A stretch of DNA of 64,000 nt from Vicingaceae bacterium. Lineage in GTDB: Bacteria; Bacteroidota; Bacteroidia; Flavobacteriales_E; Vicingaceae. The notes beneath the pieces were generated by a model. It made no database searches and was not told where the DNA came from. It worked only from the letters and a program-made list of their open reading frames with translations. The stretch covers positions 2,928 through 66,927 of the forward strand of contig JAHYJH010000005.1 of NCBI GenBank assembly GCA_019429185.1, read 5' to 3'. Positions 21,327 through 30,244 of the stretch are shown here, one piece after another. The position numbers and the translations under genes were made by a program. Every line of letters begins with the position of its first letter. Positions within the stretch are counted from its first letter, which is position 1.

Positions 21327-22381
21327 TCAGTCCTTAACGCACCTACAGCTAAAGCCGAACGCCTTACTACCGTTAGTGCGGCCCACCTGAGCACTATTAT
21401 AGCCCAGGGCGCGGTACCACGCACCGGTAGCACTACTCTCGGTAGCACTCCACCAGTAGCCGTTGTTACCAACATTGCTGAACGCGCCGCCCGTACTGCG
21501 GTTGCCACCCGGAAGAGCCGTGAACCCGCTGCTGTTGGTAGCTCCTGTGTTAGGAGTTGTCCAAAGCGTTGTACCGGTTTGTTTAAGGTTGCCACCTGTA
21601 TTTGTTCCACGCCATCCTGTTAAACTGCATCCCGGATCAGTACCAGCTTCTACTGCATTTTCCATAATACACCATTCTGCATCGGAGGGTAGGTGCCAAC
21701 CGGCAGGGCAAACCCCTTGTACTCCACTGGGATTGGAACTACTGCTTGCTGCTCCATTCATAGCTGCTGTCCAGTTATACAAAACGCCATAAGTGGTGTA
21801 GTTTGCTGTTGCTTGGGCGGTGGCTACATTGGTGCCATTGTAACCGTAAACATAATAATAAGGAACGGTTTCGCTGCCTGTTGCAGGTCCTACCACACTC
21901 GGAAGATAAGCGAGGTTTTCTGCCATCCAACACTGAGAACCTATTTGCACGGTATTGTAAACATTGCCATCACGGGCATCGGTAAAAGGGCTGCCACAGG
22001 TTAATGGTGGTGGTGTACCACTTCCCACACAACCAAAACTTACCCATTGTGTGCCTATATATCCCTGATAACAAGAATCGGTAGTGTTGTAAATTAACAA
22101 ACTTTGTGCAGGAGCTACAATAGCATTACGTTCTGTGGTGGAAAGGCGGGGAGTAATAAGCCTTTGTTGTTTGTAGGAGCAGCGTTTACATCTAACAATG
22201 CCGAGGGGTCGGGTGCTGTGCCAGTGGAGTTGATGCCAATATTTTGAGCGGAAGCCCCTCCCAATCCAGCGAGGATGAAAAAACACACCCCTACCCCTCT
22301 CAAGAGGGGAAGCCCACACGCAAGGCTAAGGCAGAAGATTTTAATTAAATTTTTCATAGTTTTATTGTTTTTTGAGTTCAT
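21327..22381 (-). pseudogene. Secreted FISUMP (Fibrobacter succinogenes major paralogous) domain protein, disrupted by a 1-nt frameshift
   Basis: The N-terminal part is in the frame of ORF 22115..22381 (signal peptide, NIGINSTGTAPDPSALLDV...NNKGLLLP). The rest is in the frame of ORF 21327..22319 (RLSTTERNAIVAPAQSLLIYNTTD...DGNVYNTVQIGSQCWMAENL). The switch is at the G4 run 22148-22151. Confidence 0.7.
22284..22331 (-). repeat. GC-rich hairpin repeat, copy inside the signal-peptide coding region
   Basis: cacacccctacccctctcaagaggggaagcccacacgcaaggctaagg. Confidence 0.8.
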
Positions 22382-22499
22382 AGTTTATTGATTTTAGTTG
22401 TTTATAGTTAGTTGGTTTTTCCCCGATAGCCATCGGAGTTGTTTATTGCTTTTTACTTTATATACTTTTTTTTTAATCTTTTATTATTGTCTTTGCTGC

Positions 22500-22743
22500 C
22501 TCCGCTACCCCCTACCCCTAAAGGGGAGAGCCTACGCTACCATGCGTGGGTGGATTCCCTTTAGGGATTAGTTAGGGATTAGGGTGTGCGAGGGCTTTTC
22601 AGCTTTATGTTTTTTAGTGTTGGTTATTAATTTTTCATTCAATGACGGTTTTTATTTAAAATTTAACACTTAAAATTTAACCTTTCCATAACAAAGACGT
22701 AACAATTTTTAAAGGGTTGGGTAAAAAAGTTAAAAAAGTTTAT
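22500..22743 (+). repeat. R-repeat copy 2 plus cassette-boundary repeat A
   Basis: Near-identical by eye to 23542-23756. Ends with ccataacaaagacgtaacaatttttaaagggttgggtaaaaaagttaaaaaagtttat. Confidence 0.85.
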
Positions 22744-22832
22744 GAGGTTGCGTTTTTATGGTGTTTTTTTCAAATTATTTTTTGTATTTTTGTAGTTTAT
22801 TTGTATAAATAAAAAAAGAAATAAAGAGAATC

Positions 22833-23105
22833 ATGGAAACGGTTATTGTTAAAATAGATACTCCTGCTCGTGCAAAGGCACTGGTAAAATATTTCCAAAC
22901 CCTCATTGGTGTTAAGGCTGTTGAATTAAATACATCAAAGAAATCACTTACCGATGCTGATTGGGTTCGCCCTGGCAGACCTGCTACGAAGGAAGAATTG
23001 GAACAGCTTGCCGATGACATGGATGCTGATAAAGGAGCATATACTCCTGAAGAAGTCCTAAATTTTGTAAATGAAGAACTGGCGAAATACCGAAAGAAAA
23101 AATGA
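22833..23105 (+). CDS. Putative antitoxin of a ParE/RelE-type toxin-antitoxin pair
   Basis: 90-aa acidic protein whose stop overlaps the toxin start (ATGA). Assigned by position and size only. Confidence 0.55.
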   Translation: METVIVKIDTPARAKALVKYFQTLIGVKAVELNTSKKSLTDADWVRPGRPATKEELEQLADDMDADKGAYTPEEVLNFVNEELAKYRKKK

Positions 23106-23389
23106 AGGTTATTTTCAGAGAAGCGGCAAAATGTTCTGTTCGTAATATTGTCTTTTACATTGAGGAACAGGGTTATCCCAACAGGGCGGAGAAATATAGT
23201 CGAAAACTTGTAGATTTTGGTTATTCTCTTGTCGATTTCCCCGATAAATACCCGATTTGCCGATTTGATCAATTTGCAAAAAAAGACTTCCGCTGTGCTA
23301 CATTTGACCGCACGTACATTTTTATTTACAAAATTGTAAAAAACCACCTTATTATTTATCACATTATTCATACTAAAAGATTAAATTAA
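23102..23389 (+). CDS. ParE/RelE-family (plasmid stabilisation) type II toxin
   Basis: 95 aa with the typical ParE-like layout (MKVIF...EAAK.....I..YI.......A.K....L......L..FP..YP), coupled to an upstream small ORF. Confidence 0.7.
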   Translation: MKVIFREAAKCSVRNIVFYIEEQGYPNRAEKYSRKLVDFGYSLVDFPDKYPICRFDQFAKKDFRCATFDRTYIFIYKIVKNHLIIYHIIHTKRLN

Positions 23390-23471
23390 TCCCTTTCTTA
23401 TTTTTTTTGACTGCTTACTCTCCTCTCTGTCCGTTTGAAGCCAAGCTTTTTGTGTAATGGCAACTACGTGT

Positions 23472-23527
23472 CCCTAGCAAAGACGACACAATTTTTAAAT
23501 GGTTAGGTAAAAAAATTGCTTATTTAT
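23472..23527 (+). repeat. Cassette-boundary repeat B (diverged copy)
   Basis: ccctagcaaagacgacacaatttttaaatggttaggtaaaaaaattgc aligns with copies A, C and D. Confidence 0.7.
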
Positions 23528-23541
23528 ATATTGTTATTTAC

Positions 23542-23808
23542 CTTCGCTACCCCTAACGCTACCACGCATGGACGGATTCCCTTTAGGGATTAAGGGTGTG
23601 CGAGGGCTTTTCAGCTTTATATTTTTTAGTGTTGGTTATTAATTTTTCATTCAATGACGGTTTTTATTTAAAATTTAACACTTAAAATTTAACCTTTCCA
23701 TAACAAAGATGTAACAATTTTTAAATGGTTGGGTAAAAAAGTTAAAAAAAGTTTATCCCACCCCAACCCTCCCAAAGGGAGGGAGAAAGTTTAAGGGTTA
23801 AGGGTTGA
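23542..23808 (+). repeat. R-repeat copy 3 plus boundary repeat C plus GC-rich hairpin copy
   Basis: 23542-23692 is the R-repeat, 23693-23756 is boundary repeat C, and 23756-23808 is tcccaccccaaccctcccaaagggagggagaaagtttaagggttaagggttg. Confidence 0.85.
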
Positions 23809-23867
23809 AAATATTAGTTTAATCATTTTGTATTTATAGGAATAATTTGTAACTTCGTAAAAAATTA

Positions 23868-24116
23868 TTGTTTATGGAACAATTATTAATAAATATCAGT
23901 TCACGCAACGAAGCTATGTTTTTAATACGTTTATTAAAATCGTTAAACTTTGTAAGCAATGTAAGGAAAATCAACAATAGAGAAAAAATAAAAGTACTTC
24001 CTGTAACTAATTTTACCACGAAAGAGGATTTTTGGGAAACATTTGGAATAGGAAAAACAACAACGATCAGCATTAAAAAAATAAAAGAAAATGCATGGCG
24101 AAAAACACAATTGTAA
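23868..24116 (+). CDS. Putative antitoxin of a VapC-type pair
   Basis: Small ORF that overlaps the start of the PIN-domain reading frame by 22 nt. No recognisable DNA-binding motif. Assigned by context. Confidence 0.45.
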   Translation: MFMEQLLINISSRNEAMFLIRLLKSLNFVSNVRKINNREKIKVLPVTNFTTKEDFWETFGIGKTTTISIKKIKENAWRKTQL

Positions 24117-24481
24117 TACTTGATACCAACATTATAATAGAATTGTATAAGGGAAATCAAAAAATTCGACATATCTGTGAAAAGATTGGCGAATAAAACC
24201 TTTATATCAGTGAAATTTCGGTTGCTGAGTTTTATTTTGGAGCGTTGAATAAAAAAGAAATTCCGCTCATTAAAAAACATTTGGATAAATTCCCATGGAT
24301 ACCTGTAAATGAAGAAATATCCAGCATTTTTACCAAATTTATGATTGAATACAGCCTTAGCCATAAGCCGTATATTGGGGATATGTTGATTGTAGCAACT
24401 GCTATTTATTATGATATTTATGTCCTTACTTTAAATACTAAAGATTTTAGGTTTATAAAAGGAATCAAGATTTATTCTTAA
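24095..24481 (+). pseudogene. PIN-domain (VapC-like) toxin gene with an in-frame TAA at codon 34
   Basis: ATG at 24095 gives MAKNTIVILDTNIIIELYKG (the PIN first-Asp motif), then TAA at 24194-24196. The same frame continues as NLYISEISVAEFYFGA...IGDMLIVATAIYYDIYVLTLNTKDF to 24481. Confidence 0.7.
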
Positions 24482-24506
24482 TTTAACAACTTGTCCCGAT
24501 TGCTTT

Positions 24507-24621
24507 GGATTTCAATAACAAAGATGTAACAATTTTTAAAGGGTTGGGTAAAAAAGTTTAAAAAAGTTTATCCCACCCCAACCCTCCCAAAGGGAGGGAG
24601 AAAGTTTAAGGGTTAAGGGTT
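24507..24621 (+). repeat. Boundary repeat D plus GC-rich hairpin copy
   Basis: 24507-24570 aligns with boundary repeats A and C. 24571-24621 is identical in its core to 23756-23808. Confidence 0.85.
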
Positions 24622-24952
24622 GAAAATATTGTTTTAATTATTTTTCATTTTCCCTTCATCTTTTCTGTCTGTCGTGCGTTTGGGTGGGTAAGCTCTTTTG
24701 CAGGTTTTGGTTTTAGGGTTGCCTGACGAGACCTACAAATGTACTTGACTATGAAGTATTTGAACTCATTAATACCTCTTGCTCAATCGTTTTCCAATAT
24801 TTATTAATCATATTTGCCAAGTCCCATATAAACAAGGTTTCATTCTTTTTCTTACGAAATGGAGCGTAGCGAAATGAAGTAAAAAAAAAGAATGAAAATA
24901 GGGAACAACGCAGTGAAACTAATCAAATAAAGAACAAAAATAATAGAATTAT

Positions 24953-24993
24953 GCTAAAAAAAATCCCTTAAAACTGAATAGTAATAAGGGATT
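24953..24993 (-). terminator. Terminator downstream of tRNA-Ser
   Basis: aaatccctta / taagggattt 10-bp stem, followed on the minus strand by a T-run. Confidence 0.55.
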
Positions 24994-25004
24994 TGATTGT
25001 TTAG

Positions 25005-25092
25005 TGGCGGAGAAAGAGGGATTCGAACCCCCGGTACCTTGCGGTACAACAGTTTTCAAGACTGCCGCATTCGACCGCTCTGCCATTTCTCC
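25005..25092 (-). tRNA. tRNA-Ser (anticodon TGA), CCA encoded
   Basis: Folded by hand. Acceptor GGAGAAA/TTTCTCC, anticodon loop CTTGAAA, long variable arm GTACC..GGTAC, T-arm GGGGG-TTCGAAT-CCCTC, then GCCA. Confidence 0.9.
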
Positions 25093-25297
25093 GCTGCAAA
25101 AGTAACAATTGATTTTAAATATGAAATAGTTTTCTACTTTTTTTGAAAAAATAAATTTAAACTCCTTAGCATCATATTATTAATTATTTTTGCAACCTAG
25201 TATTGATTTTTCAATTATTATAAATCAACCTCTAATTAGAAAAATGGTATAATTTTTATTACTTTTCTAACCTGATTTTTATTAACTTTGAATTTAA

Positions 25298-26749
25298 ATG
25301 AAAAAAATTAGCTCTTTACTTCTATTACTTTTTGTAATAACCTCAAGTTCTTATGCACAAAATTTAAAAGCATATTTTACGCATTGTACATTCTATTCTC
25401 CATCAAGTGGACCTTACATTGAAACCTATTTATCAATTGTAGGAAACTCTATCAATTACGTTAAAAATGAAAACAATGCTTTCCAAGGAAGTATTGAAAT
25501 CACTTACCTTTTTAAACAAGGCGAAGAAATTAAACAATTTAAAAAATATAACCTACTTAGCCCTGAACTGGCAGACACTTCATCTGAAAAAGTAAATTTT
25601 ATTGACCAACAACGTATTTCTTTGCCTGCTGGAAGTTATGAATTTGAAATTTTAATGAAAGATTTAAATTCCTCTCACCCTCCATTTAAAAACAATCAAA
25701 TAATCAATATCAATTATAATGATAAAAAAATGGCTATCTCCGACATTGAATTAATTGAATCATTGAGTAAAACAACTTCAAAATCTATTATTTCTAAAAA
25801 CGGGTATGATATCATTCCTTATACTTCCGATTTTTTTCCTGAAGATTATGAAAAAATTGCTTTTTATGCTGAAATTTATAATGCCAATAATTTAATTGGA
25901 AAAGATGAAAGTTATTTAATTACTTATGCGATAGAATCTTATGAAACTAAAGAAGTAATTGGAAATTTAAAAGGTTTCAGTAAGGAAAAAACAAAAGCGG
26001 TTTCTATCATCTTAAAATCTTTTTCTATTGTTGATTTACCCTCAGGCAATTACAATATAAACATCGAAGCTCGAGATAAAAATAATGAACTCCTATTACA
26101 AAAAAAGATATTTTTTCAACGCAGCAATCCAAAAGCAATATCAACACTTTCTCCAACAGATATTACATCCTCTTTTGTAGTAGAAATGAGTAATAATGAA
26201 TTAACTGATTACATAAAAAGTGTAGAGCCTATTTCTTCTGCTATAGAACTCAATTATGCTAGAAACCAATTGAAAGGAAACAATACAGAATTGATGCAAA
26301 AATATTTTTATAACTTTTGGTTTACACGAAACCCTGAAAGTCCAGAAGAAGCATGGAAAGCCTACAAAAAAGAAGTTGATATTGTAAATAAAGAGTTTAA
26401 CACGGCTATAAAAAAAGGATATGAAACAGACAGAGGAAGAGTTTATCTTAAACATGGTAAGCCCAACACCATTGTTCAGAGATACAGTGAACCAAGTGCC
26501 TATCCTTATGAAATTTGGCACTACTACAAAGTAACTAATTTTAGTAATATTCGATTTGTATTTTACAATCCAGATTTAGTAAGCAATGATTTCCCTTTGC
26601 TTCACTCCAATTTGCCTGGCGAATTAAATAACCCTCAATGGAAAGTTCAATTACACAAAAGAACCAATCAACCTATTGATATGGAAGAAAAAAACAATAA
26701 TGAACATTGGGGAGGACAATCTGATGATTTTTTTAATAATCCACGATAA
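25298..26749 (+). CDS. GWxTD-domain protein
   Basis: Signal peptide. C-terminal KGYETDRGRVYLKHGKPN matches the GWxTD motif with W replaced by Y. Confidence 0.7.
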   Translation: MKKISSLLLLLFVITSSSYAQNLKAYFTHCTFYSPSSGPYIETYLSIVGNSINYVKNENNAFQGSIEITYLFKQGEEIKQFKKYNLLSPELADTSSEKVNFIDQQRISLPAGSYEFEILMKDLNSSHPPFKNNQIININYNDKKMAISDIELIESLSKTTSKSIISKNGYDIIPYTSDFFPEDYEKIAFYAEIYNANNLIGKDESYLITYAIESYETKEVIGNLKGFSKEKTKAVSIILKSFSIVDLPSGNYNINIEARDKNNELLLQKKIFFQRSNPKAISTLSPTDITSSFVVEMSNNELTDYIKSVEPISSAIELNYARNQLKGNNTELMQKYFYNFWFTRNPESPEEAWKAYKKEVDIVNKEFNTAIKKGYETDRGRVYLKHGKPNTIVQRYSEPSAYPYEIWHYYKVTNFSNIRFVFYNPDLVSNDFPLLHSNLPGELNNPQWKVQLHKRTNQPIDMEEKNNNEHWGGQSDDFFNNPR

Positions 26750-26758
26750 TTTCTAAAC

Positions 26759-27760
26759 GTGAATAAAATAGCCATTGTAATTCTTAATTGGAATGGAAAA
26801 GACTTTCTTGAAAAGTTTCTTCCATCGGTGGTAAAGTATAGTAAAGATGCCACAATTATTATTGCCGATAATTGTTCTACTGACAATTCCATCGATTTTT
26901 TGATAGCAAACTACCCTGAAATTCATATTATTAAATTAAAAGAAAACTACGGATTTGCAAAAGGATATAATGAAGCATTAAAAGAAGTTAATGCTACGTA
27001 CTTTGTTTTATTAAATTCAGATGTGGAAGTAACCGAAAATTGGTTAAATCCATGCATTAAATTACTTGAAAGTAATACTAAAATTGGTGCTTGTCAGCCA
27101 AAAATTAAAGCCTTTCACAATAAAGCATATTTTGAATATGCTGGAGCAGCAGGTGGTTTTATAGATAAATACGGATATCCATTTTGCCGAGGAAGAATTT
27201 TTGATACCATAGAAAAAGATATAAACCAATATGATAATGAAACAGAAGTTTTTTGGGCATCAGGAGCTTGTTTATTTGTCAAATCATCCGTTTTTAACCA
27301 ATTAGGTGGTTTTGATGCTACATTCTTTGCCCACATGGAAGAAATAGATTTTTGTTGGCGAATGCAACATTTGGGCTACAAAGTGATGTTTACACACCTA
27401 TCAACTGTTTACCATGTTGGTGGCGGAACATTAAACAAAACAAATCCAAGAAAAACTTTCCTTAATTTCAGAAATAATTTATTGATGCTCTATAAAAATT
27501 TACCCAAGCAAAAACGATTCTCAATTATTATGACCCGATTATTTTTGGATGGCATTGCTGGAATTAAATTTTTGATTGAAGGAAAACCAAAACACACGTT
27601 AGCAATAATTAAAGCTCATTTTGCATTTTATAAATTACGCCACGCTTACCCAAGTAAAAAAATCCCCTATCTAAATCTAACAGGATATTATAACAAAAAT
27701 ATCCTTGTTTTTTATTATTTAAAAAAGCAACGACTATTTTCGAAAATAGGGTTCTGTTAA
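26759..27760 (+). CDS. Family 2 glycosyltransferase
   Basis: IVILNWNGKDFLEKFLPSV...DNCSTDNS...LNSD N-terminal GT-A signature. GTG start. Confidence 0.85.
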   Translation: MNKIAIVILNWNGKDFLEKFLPSVVKYSKDATIIIADNCSTDNSIDFLIANYPEIHIIKLKENYGFAKGYNEALKEVNATYFVLLNSDVEVTENWLNPCIKLLESNTKIGACQPKIKAFHNKAYFEYAGAAGGFIDKYGYPFCRGRIFDTIEKDINQYDNETEVFWASGACLFVKSSVFNQLGGFDATFFAHMEEIDFCWRMQHLGYKVMFTHLSTVYHVGGGTLNKTNPRKTFLNFRNNLLMLYKNLPKQKRFSIIMTRLFLDGIAGIKFLIEGKPKHTLAIIKAHFAFYKLRHAYPSKKIPYLNLTGYYNKNILVFYYLKKQRLFSKIGFC

Positions 27761-27854
27761 ATAATGTTAAATAAAATAGTTTTTTACTTGTTTTTTAATA
27801 AAAAAAGTCTAATTTAGAATATTGTAATTTTAATATTAAACTTAATTAAACGAA

Positions 27855-28052
27855 ATGGGCAGACCAGCAACAAAACCAACCAAATTAAAAGACGGATTTT
27901 ATTTAGAAATAAGAAACAAAGGTGCTAAATCTGGCATCAAAATAAGGAGAGATTCCAAAGAAGCTATGTTATCAGCTATTAAAGAATATGAAAGAGTGAA
28001 AGATGTAGTCGTTCTTGGCGAATCAAAAAATGGCAAAATAAAAGCAGTATAA
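27855..28052 (+). CDS. Small basic hypothetical protein
   Basis: 65-aa ORF with its own terminator. No recognisable domain. Confidence 0.45.
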   Translation: MGRPATKPTKLKDGFYLEIRNKGAKSGIKIRRDSKEAMLSAIKEYERVKDVVVLGESKNGKIKAV

Positions 28053-28060
28053 TCTATAAA

Positions 28061-28084
28061 CAAGGGGTCATGCCCCCTTGTTTA
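28061..28084. terminator. Hairpin terminator between convergent genes
   Basis: caagggg-tcatgc-ccccttg followed by ttt. Confidence 0.5.
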
Positions 28085-29536
28085 ATTGCTTTCAGCTATT
28101 TGAATCATTATTTTTTCTAACTTAATTTTCATCGCAGCTGCAGAACAATTGTAGTTATTAACTATTATAGCAAATGCAATTGTTCTACCGCTCTTTGTTT
28201 TAGCATATCCAGCATAGCTTCTCACTCGGTTCATGTAGCCACTTTTGGCATATATATTTCCTTGTGCAACTGTGTTTTTACCGATGTTAATTAATGTTCC
28301 TGATTTCCCAGCAACACTAAGCGTGTTGTAAAAATCTGTTTTATTCTTGCTTTTTTTATGCATATAAATCAGCACCTCAACCAATTGCTTTGAGGTTAAT
28401 GTATTAAACCTCGACAAACCACTTCCATCAAAAACACTCATACCATCTACATCAATTCCATTTTTATTCCAAAAAGAAAGCATTGCTTCTGTTCCTGAAA
28501 TTGTTGAACCCACTCCACTTTGCTTTAACCCTATGTGGTTAATTAAGTGTTCGGCATATAAATTTATACTATGTAGATTTGTTAACTTAACAAGCTCAAA
28601 AAGCGTTGGCGATTCTGTATAAGTTATTTCTTTAGTTTTTTTGACGTTATACAAACTATCTTCCGTGTTAGTTGATAAAAGTTGGTTTTTTGTTTTTACA
28701 CCTGTTTCATTTAATTTGCTATTCAACAGAAATGCTGTAAGTGATTCTGGGTTAGGAATAGAGCCTTTTATATTAAATTCATTTTTGTTTTTAGGAATAC
28801 TTCCTGACATAAAACGATTGAATTGGTTTGGACCGCCATAGATGTAGGCTAAATCTTTCCCCACATTATTACTAACTAAATTGTTAGTTAAAAACAAGTT
28901 GGGTATTAAGGGTATAACAGATTGAATTTCAACCTTACCTCCTACTTCGCCAGGTGATTTTAGTGAAAGGGTATAGAAATTTTCATAAATACTAAGACCA
29001 TTTGCTCCAGCCCCATAATAGTTACCAATATCACCCCAAATCCATGTTGAGGGAAGCTGATTATTAAAAATTGTTGCATCGGTAATTATAGCTCCGTTAA
29101 TTGAATCTATGCCTAAGTTTTTAACTGCTGTTGCCCATTTTTGAAAAATAGCTCCATAGTGATTTTGAAAACGATGCGAACCCAATGCAGGATCTCCACC
29201 TCCTTTAATAATTATATTACCATTAAGCACTTTGTTAATGGTATCAATTTCCCCTTGATATAAAATTGATGTTTTAAAACGAGTTTCTTTACCTAAAATT
29301 TCGAAGGCGGTAGCTGTTGTAAGTAGTTTTAGGGTTGAAGCTGGAATCAACGCTCTGTTTTCATCATAGAAAGCCAATGGCAAATTGTTTTCTATGTCAA
29401 AAGCATAAAAACTAATGGAAGCATTTTTTAAATCAACATCAGTAACTAATGCTTTTAGTTCATTTTGCAATGGTGTTTGTTGTCCTACTAAGCCAAATGG
29501 AAGTATGATAAAAATAAATTTTAATGCTTTAATCAT
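28082..29536 (-). CDS. dacB: D-alanyl-D-alanine carboxypeptidase/endopeptidase (PBP4, peptidase S13)
   Basis: ASTLK (SxxK), DGSGLSRFN (SxN) and KSG motifs in the expected order. Confidence 0.85.
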   Translation of the reverse strand: MIKALKFIFIILPFGLVGQQTPLQNELKALVTDVDLKNASISFYAFDIENNLPLAFYDENRALIPASTLKLLTTATAFEILGKETRFKTSILYQGEIDTINKVLNGNIIIKGGGDPALGSHRFQNHYGAIFQKWATAVKNLGIDSINGAIITDATIFNNQLPSTWIWGDIGNYYGAGANGLSIYENFYTLSLKSPGEVGGKVEIQSVIPLIPNLFLTNNLVSNNVGKDLAYIYGGPNQFNRFMSGSIPKNKNEFNIKGSIPNPESLTAFLLNSKLNETGVKTKNQLLSTNTEDSLYNVKKTKEITYTESPTLFELVKLTNLHSINLYAEHLINHIGLKQSGVGSTISGTEAMLSFWNKNGIDVDGMSVFDGSGLSRFNTLTSKQLVEVLIYMHKKSKNKTDFYNTLSVAGKSGTLINIGKNTVAQGNIYAKSGYMNRVRSYAGYAKTKSGRTIAFAIIVNNYNCSAAAMKIKLEKIMIQIAESN

Positions 29537-30021
29537 TAGTTTTTAACTTGTTTTATAGAAAGATTATAAGCGAGTTCAAGTTTTTTATATCGTTCTGCTG
29601 AGATAATACTACAACCACTATTAATTAGATTAAACACTTCTGTTTCTCTGGTTTTGATATAAGGTTTTGAGGTTTTAAAAATAGATAAATGTTGATTTTG
29701 TATATCTGAAGGTTCTTTGACTAAAGTAAAATCGAATTGTTTATTTTCTGAACAAATACCTATTCGTTCTATTTCGTTTTCTTTACAATGAAAAGCGTTT
29801 ATTCCGTTGTTGGTAGTTAGTTCTAAAAAAGTAACTTTTTTGAGTGCTTTTTCGATAACTAAATTGCTAAAAAGAACAATTAGCTCTTTTACTTTTTCGC
29901 TTTTTTGTTGGTTCAACAACTTCCATTCATCATCGTAAATTTGATTAATTATAAGGAAATGCTTAAACTCTTCCTCTAGTTCATGAAGCTCTTCGTTAGT
30001 TAATAAACGATATTTTAACAT
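29536..30021 (-). CDS. Hypothetical cytoplasmic protein
   Basis: Clean 161-aa ORF. Its stop overlaps the dacB start (TAATG). No recognisable domain. Confidence 0.55.
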   Translation of the reverse strand: MLKYRLLTNEELHELEEEFKHFLIINQIYDDEWKLLNQQKSEKVKELIVLFSNLVIEKALKKVTFLELTTNNGINAFHCKENEIERIGICSENKQFDFTLVKEPSDIQNQHLSIFKTSKPYIKTRETEVFNLINSGCSIISAERYKKLELAYNLSIKQVKN

Positions 30022-30040
30022 TTCATCTGTTTATATTTAA

Positions 30041-30163
30041 GCCCCCCACTTTCACACTTGCTCGCTCCAAAGTCCACTGGACTTTGTCCGCCCCCGAAGG
30101 GGGAGGATTTCCACCACACAAAGCCAATAATAATCAGCCTGTGTGTTAAACTTTTTAGCATGG
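30041..30163 (-). repeat. GC-rich hairpin repeat, long 5'-leader copy
   Basis: gccccccact...ccgcccccgaagggggaggatttccaccacacaaagccaataataatcagcctgtgtgttaaactttttagcatgg. It carries an extra inner hairpin, caaagtcc-act-ggactttg. Confidence 0.85.
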
Positions 30164-30244
30164 CTCGTTTCATCTTAAAATAAAAAAGGATGCTTCAAAA
30201 TATAAAGCTATCCCTTTTAATAATAAATACCAAAACAATAAGAT

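Noticed and set aside
21311-22004. Overlapping ORFs 21311..21610(-), 21463..21792(+), 21693..22004(+) and 21803..21985(+)
   Set aside because: They are by-products of the GC-rich composition, where stop codons are few. All lie within the FISUMP-type gene, whose own frame has recognisable domain motifs.
22775-23371. ORFs 22775..23371(-) and 23834..24364(-), antisense to the toxin-antitoxin cassettes
   Set aside because: The plus-strand pairs show the ATGA/overlap coupling and toxin motifs. The antisense ORFs are low-complexity products of AT-rich sequence.
22681-24570. Integron attC sites (GTTGGGT/GTTAGGT fits the GTTRRRY core)
   Set aside because: The complementary CCCCAAC lies after the GTTGGG box rather than before it, so the R''-L''...L'-R' order of attC is not met. 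No intI-like gene or attI is visible. It is kept only as a loose analogy in the findings.
24650-24950. Possible integrase remnant or att site between the cassette array and tRNA-Ser
   Set aside because: I could not find a direct repeat of the tRNA 3' end or any recombinase-like reading frame in this AT-rich spacer. Only a local hairpin (ttcattcttttt...aaaaagaatgaa) is present.
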